Shown: piece by piece, positions 8,309-17,450 of the stretch | How positions within the stretch are numbered: position 1 is the stretch's first letter | How the letters are laid out: every line of letters begins with the position of its first letter | Assembly: GCA_964411785.1 (NCBI GenBank) | Contig: CAYPMJ010000001.1 | Location: forward strand, 1-52,834 | Direction: 5' to 3' | DNA: 52,834 bases | From: an uncultured Oscillospiraceae bacterium | GTDB taxonomy: Bacteria; Bacillota; Clostridia; Oscillospirales; Oscillospiraceae | The notes under the pieces: model-generated | What the model was told of the DNA's origin: nothing | Seen by the model: only the letters and a program-made list of their open reading frames with translations | The model's database searches: none | Made by a program: the position numbers and the translations under genes

Positions 8309-9829
8309 TCAGCCGGCGTCCTCGTCAGTTACGTAGGTATCGATGAGCTCAGCCTCGTAGTCATAATCCTTCAGATCCTCGACAGCCTTGTCGATCTGCG
8401 ACTGATACGTCTCAAGAGCGGTGGCCGGCGTCATGCTGCCATTAGATACAGCGTCGAACATCGAGTTAACGGCACTGTTCAGGTCACTGAAGCCCTTAAT
8501 TGTATCAATCATCGACAGACCCTGAGATGTTATGTAGCTTACAAGCTCCACAGTCTCCTGATCGTCGCACCAGTTCTCAAGACGATCCTCAAGCAGCTCA
8601 TCCCACTCCTCGTCGGTGTCAGCAATGTCGGTGATCAGGTCATACATAAGAGCAACCTGGTCAGGATCCTCAACACCGTTCAGAATGAAGCGGGCGCCGA
8701 ACTCCTTGCCATAGCAGGACCAGTCAGTGGCGGACGGTCCCTTCGGGAACGGTACCCAGCCCCACTCATCGGACATCCCGGTATCCTCATCATTGAGATA
8801 GCTGTAGGAAATCCAGAACTCCTCAAGGCACATCATATACTTGCCGTCGCGGAAGTCCGTGATGAAGGAATCCCAGCTCTCAGTGGACCAGTCGATGGAT
8901 CCACGATATGTAACATTAGTAGTGAAGTCCTGAAGGGCTGTGAGCGCCTCCATAACCTTGGAATCGCTCAGGTCAACCTCAAGGCCGCTGTCGGTCTTTG
9001 TCGCCACATCCGCGCCGTTGGAGTAGATGTAGCACCAAGCAAGACTCTCGCGGGCGTTGAAGCCATAGATGGAGATGTTGCCGTCAGAATCGAGGATGTT
9101 CCCCTGCTGAGCAACCTCTTTGAACTTCTCCCATGTCCACTCGTCGTTCTCGACCAGCTCGTAAAGGTCAGGCAGACCGTAGCGGTCAAACAGTGTCTTG
9201 TTCCAGAAAATACCGTAGCGGATCTCAGGGTCCTTCATGAGCATCATGTACTGCTCGCCCTTGTAGGTACCAGCCTCAGTAACGTCGGAACGCCACTTGT
9301 ACTCTGAGAGGTCAAGAGCCTCACACTGGCTCAGAGGATAGGCTATGCCGCCCTCGATAAGGGACGGGAGCAGTCTGTAGGTCACAACATAACCGATGTC
9401 CACGATCGGATCTCCGGCAAGAACGCTCGTTACATACTCAGACATGTAGTCGCCGTCGATCTGCACAAACTCGATTGTGCAGTTGCACTTCTCCTCAACC
9501 TCCGCGATGCGGTTGGCAAGCGCCTCTTTAAGAGCACTCTCTGAGGGATCAGGGGTCATATCGTAGTAGCTGCCTATCTTGAAGACACGACCGCCGAAGT
9601 CAATTCCCTCAAGCTCGTCAACCTCTTCTTCTGTGTCGTTTCCAGTGCTGCTGTCGTTGTTTCCCGTGCTGCTGTCGTTGTTTCCAGTGCTGCTGTCGTT
9701 GTTTCCCGTGCTGCTGTCGTTGCCTGTGTCGCCATCTTCATCTGTTGTGCCTCCGCAGGCAGCCAGGGCAAAGAGCATAGCAAGACTCAGAACCAGGCAC
9801 ACCAGCTTTTTCAGGGTGTTCATTTTCAT
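8309..9829 (-). CDS. Sugar ABC transporter substrate-binding lipoprotein (family 1 SBP)
   Basis: The signal peptide and lipobox read MKMNTLKKLVCLVLSLAMLFALAAC-GG. I place the start at 9829, which has an AGGAGAGGTG SD site 6 nt upstream. The low-complexity linker (DSSTGNN)x4 is followed by an SBP-like body. Confidence 0.85.
   Translation of the reverse strand: MKMNTLKKLVCLVLSLAMLFALAACGGTTDEDGDTGNDSSTGNNDSSTGNNDSSTGNNDSSTGNDTEEEVDELEGIDFGGRVFKIGSYYDMTPDPSESALKEALANRIAEVEEKCNCTIEFVQIDGDYMSEYVTSVLAGDPIVDIGYVVTYRLLPSLIEGGIAYPLSQCEALDLSEYKWRSDVTEAGTYKGEQYMMLMKDPEIRYGIFWNKTLFDRYGLPDLYELVENDEWTWEKFKEVAQQGNILDSDGNISIYGFNARESLAWCYIYSNGADVATKTDSGLEVDLSDSKVMEALTALQDFTTNVTYRGSIDWSTESWDSFITDFRDGKYMMCLEEFWISYSYLNDEDTGMSDEWGWVPFPKGPSATDWSCYGKEFGARFILNGVEDPDQVALMYDLITDIADTDEEWDELLEDRLENWCDDQETVELVSYITSQGLSMIDTIKGFSDLNSAVNSMFDAVSNGSMTPATALETYQSQIDKAVEDLKDYDYEAELIDTYVTDEDAG
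9636..9727. repeat. About 4.3 copies of a 21-bp tandem repeat inside the SBP linker
   Basis: The unit GCTGCTGTCGTTGTTTCC(A/C)GT is repeated head to tail and encodes (DSSTGNN)n just after the lipobox cysteine. Confidence 0.85.
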
Positions 9830-9884
9830 TTTTCGCACCTCTCCTTTCCTGCTTTTCGCAGTCAAAAATAAATGTGTATGGACA

Positions 9885-9911
9885 GGCGGGTCTTTGCGGG
9901 AAAGACCCGCC
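9885..9911 (-). terminator. Intercistronic stem-loop between the permease and SBP genes; no adjacent U-tract, so more likely a processing or stability element than a terminator
   Basis: A perfect 11-bp stem (GGCGGGTCTTT / AAAGACCCGCC) closes a 5-nt loop within the 105-nt gap. Confidence 0.45.
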
Positions 9912-9934
9912 GTTATCCCGGTTTTTACGGCTTA

Positions 9935-10897
9935 TCAGCCGACGATACCAGAGCGCTCAATTCCCTCAACGAAGTACCTCTGGCACACAAGGTACAGAAT
10001 GATCAGCGGCACCACGGCGAGAATTGTTCCGGTGTTGTTCATCATAGACACAAAGCCCGGACTTATGAAGTTCATGCTGCCGCCAAAGTTCGTGTACTCG
10101 TTGTAGACCTGTGCAGCCAGTGATGACAGGGACGTGGGTATGATCTCCATATTCTTCATGAACAGGGATGTGTAGAAGGAATCCGTCCAGGACCACACAA
10201 ACCCGAACAGGAAAATCGTAACCATCATAGGAACTGAACTTGGAACTATGATCTGAAGGAATGTCCTCAGCTTGCCGCAGCCGTCCATGAAAGCGGCCTC
10301 TTCGAGCTCCTTCGGCATGCCCTTGAAGAACTGACGGAGCATGTAGATGTAAAGTCCGTTCTTAAGGCCGGTGCAGGTAGCTGCCATGATGACCGAAGGC
10401 CAGATCGAGTTAAGCAGATTCACCGGATTCCCCTTGATCAGGGAGACAATACCGAAGACATCAAAGAACCTGAAGTTCATGAACAGCGGGAGCATGATGA
10501 TCTGGGGCGGGACAATCAGGGTAAGAATGACTGCCCCGAATAGAAGTCCTTTAAGCGGGAATCGGAACCGCGCGAAGCCATATGCCGTCAGCATGCAGCT
10601 GCAAAGCTGAAGGAACGCTATAATCGCAGATATTATTATCGTGCGGGGAAGCGATTCCGTATAATTCATGCCCTTTATGGCAAGCTTGTAGTTATCCAAC
10701 GTGAAATGCTTCGGAATGTACTGTACGCTGGAATCATAAAGATCACGCTCGCTCATGAACGAAACGCTGACCTTCAGAATGAGGGGCTGCAAAATTGTAA
10801 AGCAGATCCCGATCACTATAACTCCGCGAATGATGCTCCACAGAAAGCTCCCAAGTCTCGGGAGGGAAAAACTGCGTCTTCTCTTTGCGGTCTCCAT
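9935..10897 (-). CDS. Carbohydrate ABC transporter permease (MalG-like)
   Basis: It has six hydrophobic segments and an EAA-type loop (ELEEAAFMDGCGKLRTFLQIIVP). I place the start at ATG 10897 (METAKRRR...), which follows a GGAGGAGGGTG SD site. The ORF-track start at 10969 would overlap the upstream gene by 53 nt. Confidence 0.88.
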   Translation of the reverse strand: METAKRRRSFSLPRLGSFLWSIIRGVIVIGICFTILQPLILKVSVSFMSERDLYDSSVQYIPKHFTLDNYKLAIKGMNYTESLPRTIIISAIIAFLQLCSCMLTAYGFARFRFPLKGLLFGAVILTLIVPPQIIMLPLFMNFRFFDVFGIVSLIKGNPVNLLNSIWPSVIMAATCTGLKNGLYIYMLRQFFKGMPKELEEAAFMDGCGKLRTFLQIIVPSSVPMMVTIFLFGFVWSWTDSFYTSLFMKNMEIIPTSLSSLAAQVYNEYTNFGGSMNFISPGFVSMMNNTGTILAVVPLIILYLVCQRYFVEGIERSGIVG

Positions 10898-10916
10898 AAG
10901 CTTCACCCTCCTCCCC

Positions 10917-11861
10917 TTACGGCTCGTCGTTGTAGTAGACGTGCTTGGATATGATGCCGCCCACCACAAGCAGTATGACCACTATACATATGAAGTAAAT
11001 CCATGCCATGGCTGAGCCAAGGCCGTACTTGACCTCCGTGAAGATGGTGTCCTCGATCTCCGTCATGATCTCATTCGTCTCACTGATAAACGAATCTATG
11101 ATCGTATAGATGCTGTTCACCAGAATCAGGGGACTTATCATCGGAAACGTTATCTTCCAGAATGTCTCCCAGGCCGTCGCGCCCTCCATGGATGCGGACT
11201 CATAGAGGGACGGGCTTATGGACTGAAGTCCTGAGAGGAAGATAAGTATCTGAACGCCCGAGGCTATGATGATATCATACACCCCGTTTACGGCATTTGC
11301 AAGGAATAAAACCACGCTCTCAGGAAGGTCAGTGTAATTGAGGAGCAGACTCGCCACATTGTGCATGGTGGCCAGATCCGCCGCTGTCTCTCCGGTTGGG
11401 TTCAGTGTGGAGATCAGAAGGTCTGAGTTCTCAAGGCCAAGTATGACTCCGGAGGTAAGAATGACCGGGAAGAACAGTATGCTTCTCGCGGCAGCCCTGC
11501 CATGGAACTTCTGGTTAAGGATATTTGCCATGAAGAAACTGAATATCAGCACCAGCGGAACTGTTGTACACATGTCCACAATGGCGTTCAGCAGCATCTG
11601 GTTAAAGTCCGGATCTATGGTCAGCGCGCGGATGTAGTGCTCAAGTCCCCCGTTGGCCGCCTTTGTGAGCTCGTACCCATTGTCTCCGACCGTCATGTTG
11701 CTGAAGCTGAACTGAATGGACTTGAATATCATCGGAAGGAATATACCGATAAAGCCTATCAAAAACGGGAGAATGAAAGTGTAACCCGCGAGGGCGTTCC
11801 GCCCCATCAGCGTAAGGCGGGCCTTGCCATCGACTCTTTTTACATATCCGCGTTTATTCAT
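10917..11861 (-). CDS. Sugar ABC transporter permease (MalF-like)
   Basis: This is a polytopic 314-aa protein containing LYESASMEGATAWETFWKITFPM (EAA loop). Its start forms an ATGA overlap with the upstream stop (11858-11861). Confidence 0.88.
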   Translation of the reverse strand: MNKRGYVKRVDGKARLTLMGRNALAGYTFILPFLIGFIGIFLPMIFKSIQFSFSNMTVGDNGYELTKAANGGLEHYIRALTIDPDFNQMLLNAIVDMCTTVPLVLIFSFFMANILNQKFHGRAAARSILFFPVILTSGVILGLENSDLLISTLNPTGETAADLATMHNVASLLLNYTDLPESVVLFLANAVNGVYDIIIASGVQILIFLSGLQSISPSLYESASMEGATAWETFWKITFPMISPLILVNSIYTIIDSFISETNEIMTEIEDTIFTEVKYGLGSAMAWIYFICIVVILLVVGGIISKHVYYNDEP

Positions 11862-14470
11862 GCTTCCACCACCGCGAAGCTCCTGGCCGCCACCTGGACG
11901 CCGTCCACAACGACATCCTCGTGGGTGTAATTGACCAGTACCTGCGTTCCTTTCTCATAGGTCACGCGAACCACATCATCCGACACTATCTCATGATCCA
12001 CTATTGTCTGACTCTGCAGGGATCCAAGTGCCTCATTCACCGTCTTATAGTCCTCCAGCGCCCTGTCAATCCACGCGGAGTAATTCACGGAATAGAGGTT
12101 CTCAAAGTCGGTCTCCTTCATCACTGAGTTGTCCTCGTATATCCACTGGAAATAGAGGCCAGCTCCGGACTCAATGCTCTTCAGCAGCGTCGTCTGGTAG
12201 TCATCCGACATGTTGAGCATGTCGCCGGCGAACTCGATGTATCCATGGATCACCATCTCATAGAAGGGGACTGTCTCATCAATGATCCGGGTGCGGTTGG
12301 AATCCATCGGGGCGTTAATCATCTCGTTAACATTGCCCAGAATATACGCGTTCACATTGTCGCCCAGAACCATGCCCTCGAAGGAATTGTTCAGACGGTC
12401 AACAGCAGCCTGGTTGTAAAGAGCCGCCTGCTGCCTGTCTGTATACCGCTCCGTGAGCTGGTCCGTATACAGATTCCAGCTTATCGTGCCGAGGTTTATT
12501 CCCGCGTTCACGTTGGAGAGCTTCTTAATCACCTTCTGAGCCACGCTGTCCACAAAATATGGACTTATGAGGTCAATCTCCTGTTCGTCGTCACGCTTGT
12601 TGTTGGAGAGATAGTACACACCCTGGGTGACGTTTGAACGGTCAAAGTATTTCGGCGCGTTGCTCATGGGGGAGTAGCCGTCAAAAAGCCCGTCATCATA
12701 GACGTACTGAAGCTGAAGCGTCAGGAACGTGTCCACGTCCTTTGAGCTCATCTCCTCCAGGAACTCCTTCTGGCTCATCCCGCCCTGGTTTAGCTTCTTG
12801 AGACTTGAAAGGCTCGTATACGGCCCGCCGTGCAGACCGCCCTTGGCCCATCCTGAGTAAACCACGTTCAGGTTCTTTACTCCGCCGGATATCAGCTCAT
12901 CCACTATCTCAGAAGCCTCAGCATAGGTGGTGACGGGGACGACAGAACTGTATTTTACTCCCAGGAACGTTGCGTACGTGTCGATGGCTCCCAGCATCTC
13001 AGCGTAAAACGGCACGTCAGTGGCCTCCACGCGGTTTCCAAGCACACCGTTGTCAAGCAGATACGTCCTGTATCCGTTCGCCATGCCCGCGTAGGTTGCG
13101 GCTCCCCCGTTGAGGAAGGAGAAACGCAGCCTATAACGACCGCTGAAGCCCGCCTCAGAGTACATCTGGAAGCTGTTCGAACCAACCATTCCGGTAAGCG
13201 AACTCTCGCCATACTCCAGGTACTGAAAGCTCGGATAAACTGAGTTGTAGCTTGTCAGCGTTCCGGAGACCGTTGCGTTCACAGACGCATAAGCGTCGCC
13301 GTCGTCTATAATGCAATACCACGCCGTATCCCCGGACTTAAGTCCGAACACAGGCATCTTTATGGTCAGATTCTGATCCACCTCCGACTGGCTCTCTAGG
13401 AGTGCGTTCATGGTGGCGTCCGTCCCATAGACCATGGCGCTATATGTATAGGTGCTGCCATTGTTGAGATTTATAAGTGCGCCGCACCCGTCAGGGACGA
13501 ATATATATCCTTCCTCATCAGTGCCAGCCGCCCCGAAAAACGGCATCAGTGAAACGGTCGTAAGGTAGTACCCGTCCGTGTTGTATACTATGGAATCAGG
13601 ATCCACCTCCACCATCAGGTTCTCCCCTGACAGGCGGTACGTCATCGGGACGTCAAACCACGCGCTGGTGTCCTCGGTGGAGTAGCCGTTCTCAGTGAGG
13701 TCGTAGTCGAGATCCTCCTCCGTGTAGCCGGCCTCCGCCAGGTACTCCGCCAGCTGATCTCTGATGTAGTCCTTGACGCTCGACCTTATGATATAGATCG
13801 GGAAATCTGCCAGGCTCGGATATGTCTCAAGATACTCCTTGTAATCGGCCTCGCTCAGTTCGTCCTTGTCAAGCTTCGTATAGTTGCGCAGAAGCTTCTT
13901 GGAATCAGATGAGTCCAGCCTCGAAGCAAACTCCTCCAGCCTCTCCACACTTATCACCTCAGGCAGAATCCGCTGTGATCCCGCGGTGCCCAGATGATAG
14001 AGGATGCTGACTCCATCCGTCAGATACTGAATCTCAAACGCCCCGTATTGTACTGAGTCGCTGTAATTGTCCATCAGATTTAGCTGGACCGACTCATTAT
14101 AATACTGGAGCTGTATCTGAGACTTAAGCTGACGGCGGTTGTAGTCGGAAGCTATGGGATCATCCTCCGCGTCGGGGGGATTTGAGTACCAGACATCCCC
14201 GGTAGCCTTCACTACAACAGCGACATCCGTCTCCTCCTCATCTATATACATGGCAAGGGAATCGTTCTCTGCCACCCACGTCATGTCACCAAGGCCCGGC
14301 TGCGCCGCCCTCTCCTCGTCCGTCATTGTTGAGGGGCTGTAATCGTCCTCCTTGTACAGCGCTGTCGCAGCCGGCGTATCAGCCGATGCATTCTGGGAGA
14401 CGCTCAGAGAGACGAGAAGCGCAGTCATCAGCAGCAGTGCCGTGACGCGAAGAACCCGTTTTTTCTTCAT
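11858..14470 (-). CDS. Secreted 870-aa protein of unknown function, DUF5696-like (assignment from memory)
   Basis: The signal peptide is MKKKRVLRVTALLLMTALLVSLSVSQNASA. A strong GGGAGGGGAAG SD site is present. The C-terminal half alternates beta and alpha segments (VPFYAEMLGAID, NLNVVYSGWAKGG, LTLQLQYVY, VPFYEMVIHGYIEF), which is compatible with a TIM-barrel glycosidase-like fold. I recognise no catalytic motif. Confidence 0.7.
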   Translation of the reverse strand: MKKKRVLRVTALLLMTALLVSLSVSQNASADTPAATALYKEDDYSPSTMTDEERAAQPGLGDMTWVAENDSLAMYIDEEETDVAVVVKATGDVWYSNPPDAEDDPIASDYNRRQLKSQIQLQYYNESVQLNLMDNYSDSVQYGAFEIQYLTDGVSILYHLGTAGSQRILPEVISVERLEEFASRLDSSDSKKLLRNYTKLDKDELSEADYKEYLETYPSLADFPIYIIRSSVKDYIRDQLAEYLAEAGYTEEDLDYDLTENGYSTEDTSAWFDVPMTYRLSGENLMVEVDPDSIVYNTDGYYLTTVSLMPFFGAAGTDEEGYIFVPDGCGALINLNNGSTYTYSAMVYGTDATMNALLESQSEVDQNLTIKMPVFGLKSGDTAWYCIIDDGDAYASVNATVSGTLTSYNSVYPSFQYLEYGESSLTGMVGSNSFQMYSEAGFSGRYRLRFSFLNGGAATYAGMANGYRTYLLDNGVLGNRVEATDVPFYAEMLGAIDTYATFLGVKYSSVVPVTTYAEASEIVDELISGGVKNLNVVYSGWAKGGLHGGPYTSLSSLKKLNQGGMSQKEFLEEMSSKDVDTFLTLQLQYVYDDGLFDGYSPMSNAPKYFDRSNVTQGVYYLSNNKRDDEQEIDLISPYFVDSVAQKVIKKLSNVNAGINLGTISWNLYTDQLTERYTDRQQAALYNQAAVDRLNNSFEGMVLGDNVNAYILGNVNEMINAPMDSNRTRIIDETVPFYEMVIHGYIEFAGDMLNMSDDYQTTLLKSIESGAGLYFQWIYEDNSVMKETDFENLYSVNYSAWIDRALEDYKTVNEALGSLQSQTIVDHEIVSDDVVRVTYEKGTQVLVNYTHEDVVVDGVQVAARSFAVVEA

Positions 14471-14485
14471 TCTCTTCCCCTCCCT

Positions 14486-15103
14486 CTAAAACCTGATCTC
14501 GCGGTAGATGGTAATCACGAAGTTCACCATCTGCTCTATCACGTTGAAGAACAGCAAGCCGATGAAAATGATAATTGCCATGCCCAGGATCGTACACAGC
14601 ACGGTCAGCACGGTCTTCTTGAAGGAATACTGATGTGTTACCATTGTCCCGAAAAAGACCAGGAACCCCGTCCAGATGTAGCTGAAGACATCGAAAATGT
14701 AGTAGAATGCCGCCTCATCCTGGGTAATGACCAGCGAGAGCAGAACCATCGGAAACCGAATCAGTATCAGCGGAAGAAGCGAGTATCCTGTCGCTATAAA
14801 GATATCCCGCATACCGCCCTCGCCGTCCATCAGCGAGGTCAGGCACCAGTTCGATACGCACCACAGGACATATATCATTCCCACCGTCAGGATGTCCACA
14901 ACCACGTTCACGTCAGACAGCCGAACCTCGTTGAAGAGGAACCCGGTCATCTGCTTCTGGAAGGTGATCAGGAAAACCGTAATGGCAACGAAGGTCAGCG
15001 CCGCGCGCAGCGACCCCCGGTGCTCCCTTTTCAGGTCCCAGTAGCCGTCGAAGGGATGAAAAATAACATGTAAGCCATATTTCAGTTCTTTGACATAACC
15101 CAT
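14486..15103 (-). CDS. Yip1-family integral membrane protein
   Basis: About five TM segments follow an N-terminal MGYVKELKYGLHVIFHPFDGYWDLKREHRGS, which is the typical Yip1-domain layout. I place the start at 15103, which has a GGAGGGAGAAAG SD site. It overlaps the end of the upstream gene by 22 nt. Confidence 0.7.
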   Translation of the reverse strand: MGYVKELKYGLHVIFHPFDGYWDLKREHRGSLRAALTFVAITVFLITFQKQMTGFLFNEVRLSDVNVVVDILTVGMIYVLWCVSNWCLTSLMDGEGGMRDIFIATGYSLLPLILIRFPMVLLSLVITQDEAAFYYIFDVFSYIWTGFLVFFGTMVTHQYSFKKTVLTVLCTILGMAIIIFIGLLFFNVIEQMVNFVITIYREIRF

Positions 15104-16581
15104 TTTACTTTCTCCCTCCATCTCCTGAATTTACCCACATAGGTGATGACCAGCGGAATCAGAACAGCCACCGCTATCACCGCCATGATCGTCCCGAAAT
15201 GGTCCTCCATCAGCTCCTTCCTGTAGTAATACAGCGCCTTGGAGTAGTACTTCCTGTTGTTCCCGTTCTTGAAATACTCCATGGCCGTCTTGTAATCTCC
15301 CTCAGCCAGGTAGTTCTTTCCAAGTCCGGTGTAGGCAAACTCGCTGTTGCTGTTCAGCCGCAGCACCTCTTTCCAGGCGGCAATGGACCCGTCCGAGTCG
15401 CCCTTGTCATTAAGGCGCAGTGCGGAGAGAAGGTAGTTGCCGTAGTCAGTCAGACTGTAGACGAGGATGCTGTTCAGCTGGTAGTCCAGTATGTAGAGCT
15501 CCGAGGCGTCCTCGTTGATCCCGAGAGCCACGGCGTTCTGGACGTTGCCCTCCCTGTTTCCCTTCCGCCCGAAGGCAAACAGTGAGTTACCGTCGTAATC
15601 GTACCCGAAAACCTTTCCGTTGGCGTTGTCCAGCAGGAAATAGCAGCCGTAGTCCGTCGCCGCCACATCAACAAAGGATGAGAAGTCTCCGTCGGTACTT
15701 GAATAGAGGTCTCCGGTTATATCGTAGTTGCCCAGACGGCGAAGTATGTCATCGCCGGTGGGGTTCAGCCTCCGGACCATGTCGCCGCCGTTCATTGCGT
15801 CCTCCGCGGTCAGGTTGCTTATGGTCGCGTAGATGAAATTGTCGCTGTCCACGAATATGTTGCTGTACTCGGTGGGGATGATGGTCGCCATACGAGCCTT
15901 CTGCTCATCAGTCGAGAAATAGTTCTTCCAGATATACTCAAATGTCGATACAGTCACCTTCGCAGCACCCATAAATGTCTGGAAGACACCGGCAGAGGAG
16001 AACTCAAGAAGTCCCATGTTGATTCCGTATGCCGTCACGTAAATCCGTCCGTCGTTATCCACCACAACCTTCTGCGGTGTGTAGACCACCGAGTCGTCAA
16101 TCAGGTCTGTCTCCGGCCGGCCTATCTCGCGTATAAACGTGCCGTCCACGTCGTACTCGACGAGCCGCCCGTTGCCGCTGTCCGCCACGTAGATGTGTCC
16201 CTCCTCCGTGACAAACACTCCCTGCGGCTTGCTAAGAGTGTCGCTCTCATCTCTCCCGCTTGTTATGATGAGGAGCGTCTCCTGCTTTTCGTTTGTCTTA
16301 ATAATACGGGAGTTGCCCGTGTCCGCGATGTAAAAATAACCATCCTTAACAAACATATCCTGAGGATTCTTAAGCGGCTCGTCCTTGAAGGTCAGCGTCT
16401 CCTCATAGATATATACGTGAGGCTGCGCCACGTCCTCCCCGTAGTAGTTATAGCTGTAGGTGTCGTAGGGCATATCCGCCAGGGCTGTCCCCGCGGATGT
16501 GAGCGCCAGTCCTCCCGCCATAATCAGCGCGGCGAAAACAGATCTGGCTCTCCTGCCTCGGTTCTTCTTCACTGAATCCAT
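15082..16581 (-). CDS. Membrane-anchored NHL-repeat beta-propeller / TPR protein
   Basis: It has an N-terminal signal peptide (…LTSAGTALA-DM), NHL-type repeats (YIADTGNSRII, YVADSGNGRLVEYD), a TPR-like segment (YTGLGKNYLAEGDYKTAMEYFKNG) and a C-terminal TM anchor (IMAVIAVAVLIPLVITYV). I place the start at ATG 16581, 7 nt downstream of a GAGGAGGG SD site. Confidence 0.78.
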   Translation of the reverse strand: MDSVKKNRGRRARSVFAALIMAGGLALTSAGTALADMPYDTYSYNYYGEDVAQPHVYIYEETLTFKDEPLKNPQDMFVKDGYFYIADTGNSRIIKTNEKQETLLIITSGRDESDTLSKPQGVFVTEEGHIYVADSGNGRLVEYDVDGTFIREIGRPETDLIDDSVVYTPQKVVVDNDGRIYVTAYGINMGLLEFSSAGVFQTFMGAAKVTVSTFEYIWKNYFSTDEQKARMATIIPTEYSNIFVDSDNFIYATISNLTAEDAMNGGDMVRRLNPTGDDILRRLGNYDITGDLYSSTDGDFSSFVDVAATDYGCYFLLDNANGKVFGYDYDGNSLFAFGRKGNREGNVQNAVALGINEDASELYILDYQLNSILVYSLTDYGNYLLSALRLNDKGDSDGSIAAWKEVLRLNSNSEFAYTGLGKNYLAEGDYKTAMEYFKNGNNRKYYSKALYYYRKELMEDHFGTIMAVIAVAVLIPLVITYVGKFRRWREKVKWVMSKN

Positions 16582-16594
16582 TCGCACGCCCTCC

Positions 16595-17449
16595 TCACTC
16601 TTTGATACCGGAGGATACCATCGTCTCGATGATATTGCTCTGGCACAGCATGAAAATTGTGATCGGGACGATCATCATGATAACAGACACTGCCGCCGTT
16701 GCTCCGGCCCTTGAAATACCGGCTGCGGAAATCTGTGACAGCGCGTAGGGCAGAGTCTTCAGCTCCTCGCTGTAGATGTATGTGGAGCCCTGCAGGTTCC
16801 ACAGGTCCTGGAAGCAGAAAATGATAAGCGTCAGCCAGGCGGGTTTCACGCTGGGCATGATGATGGTCCGGAAGATCTTAACCTCACCTGCTCCGTCAAG
16901 TCTCGCCGCCTCTATGAGGGAATCGGGGATCTGCTCCATGAACTGCTTCATGAGGAAGAGTCCCATCGGCTTCCCGATAGCGGGAACTATCAGCGACAGG
17001 TAGGTATCCAGCCAGTTCAGCTTCGACATAATGAGGTAGTTCGGTATCGCCGTAACCTGTGAGGAGAACATCAGCGCGGTCACTATGAACCAGAAGATGA
17101 TGTTCCGGCCGGGGAACTTGTGCTTCGCCAGGGCGTACGCGGCAAGGCTTGCAACTATCACGTGGCCCAGCGTACCGCACACCGTAATAAGCACCGTGTT
17201 AAAGATGTACCGGCTGAACGGCACCCACGACTCGCTCATCAGAACGAACACATCATGGTAGTTGGAGGTGGTCGGGTTGCGCACGAAGAAGCGCGGCGGG
17301 AACATGAACAGCTCCTCCAGCGGCTTCAGGGAGTTGCAGACGGCCAGGACCAGCGGCATTCCCATGAACGCGCCCATCACCACAAGGATGAAAATGCTGA
17401 ACGCATTACCCACCATGGAGTGGCTCTGTTTCGCTCTTCTCTTTGCCAT
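16595..17449 (-). CDS. Carbohydrate ABC transporter permease (MalG-like)
   Basis: 284 aa and polytopic, with the EAA loop LIEAARLDGAGEVKIFRTIIMP. There is a 1-nt gap to the upstream stop and an AAAGGTGGGA SD site. Confidence 0.9.
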   Translation of the reverse strand: MAKRRAKQSHSMVGNAFSIFILVVMGAFMGMPLVLAVCNSLKPLEELFMFPPRFFVRNPTTSNYHDVFVLMSESWVPFSRYIFNTVLITVCGTLGHVIVASLAAYALAKHKFPGRNIIFWFIVTALMFSSQVTAIPNYLIMSKLNWLDTYLSLIVPAIGKPMGLFLMKQFMEQIPDSLIEAARLDGAGEVKIFRTIIMPSVKPAWLTLIIFCFQDLWNLQGSTYIYSEELKTLPYALSQISAAGISRAGATAAVSVIMMIVPITIFMLCQSNIIETMVSSGIKE

Positions 17450-17450
17450 A

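Noticed and set aside
8201-9307. 368-aa plus-strand ORF
   Set aside because: It is antisense to the Asp/Glu-rich SBP gene. Antisense frames of acidic proteins often stay open. It has no SD site and no recognisable motifs, and the minus-strand gene has a lipobox and an SBP body.
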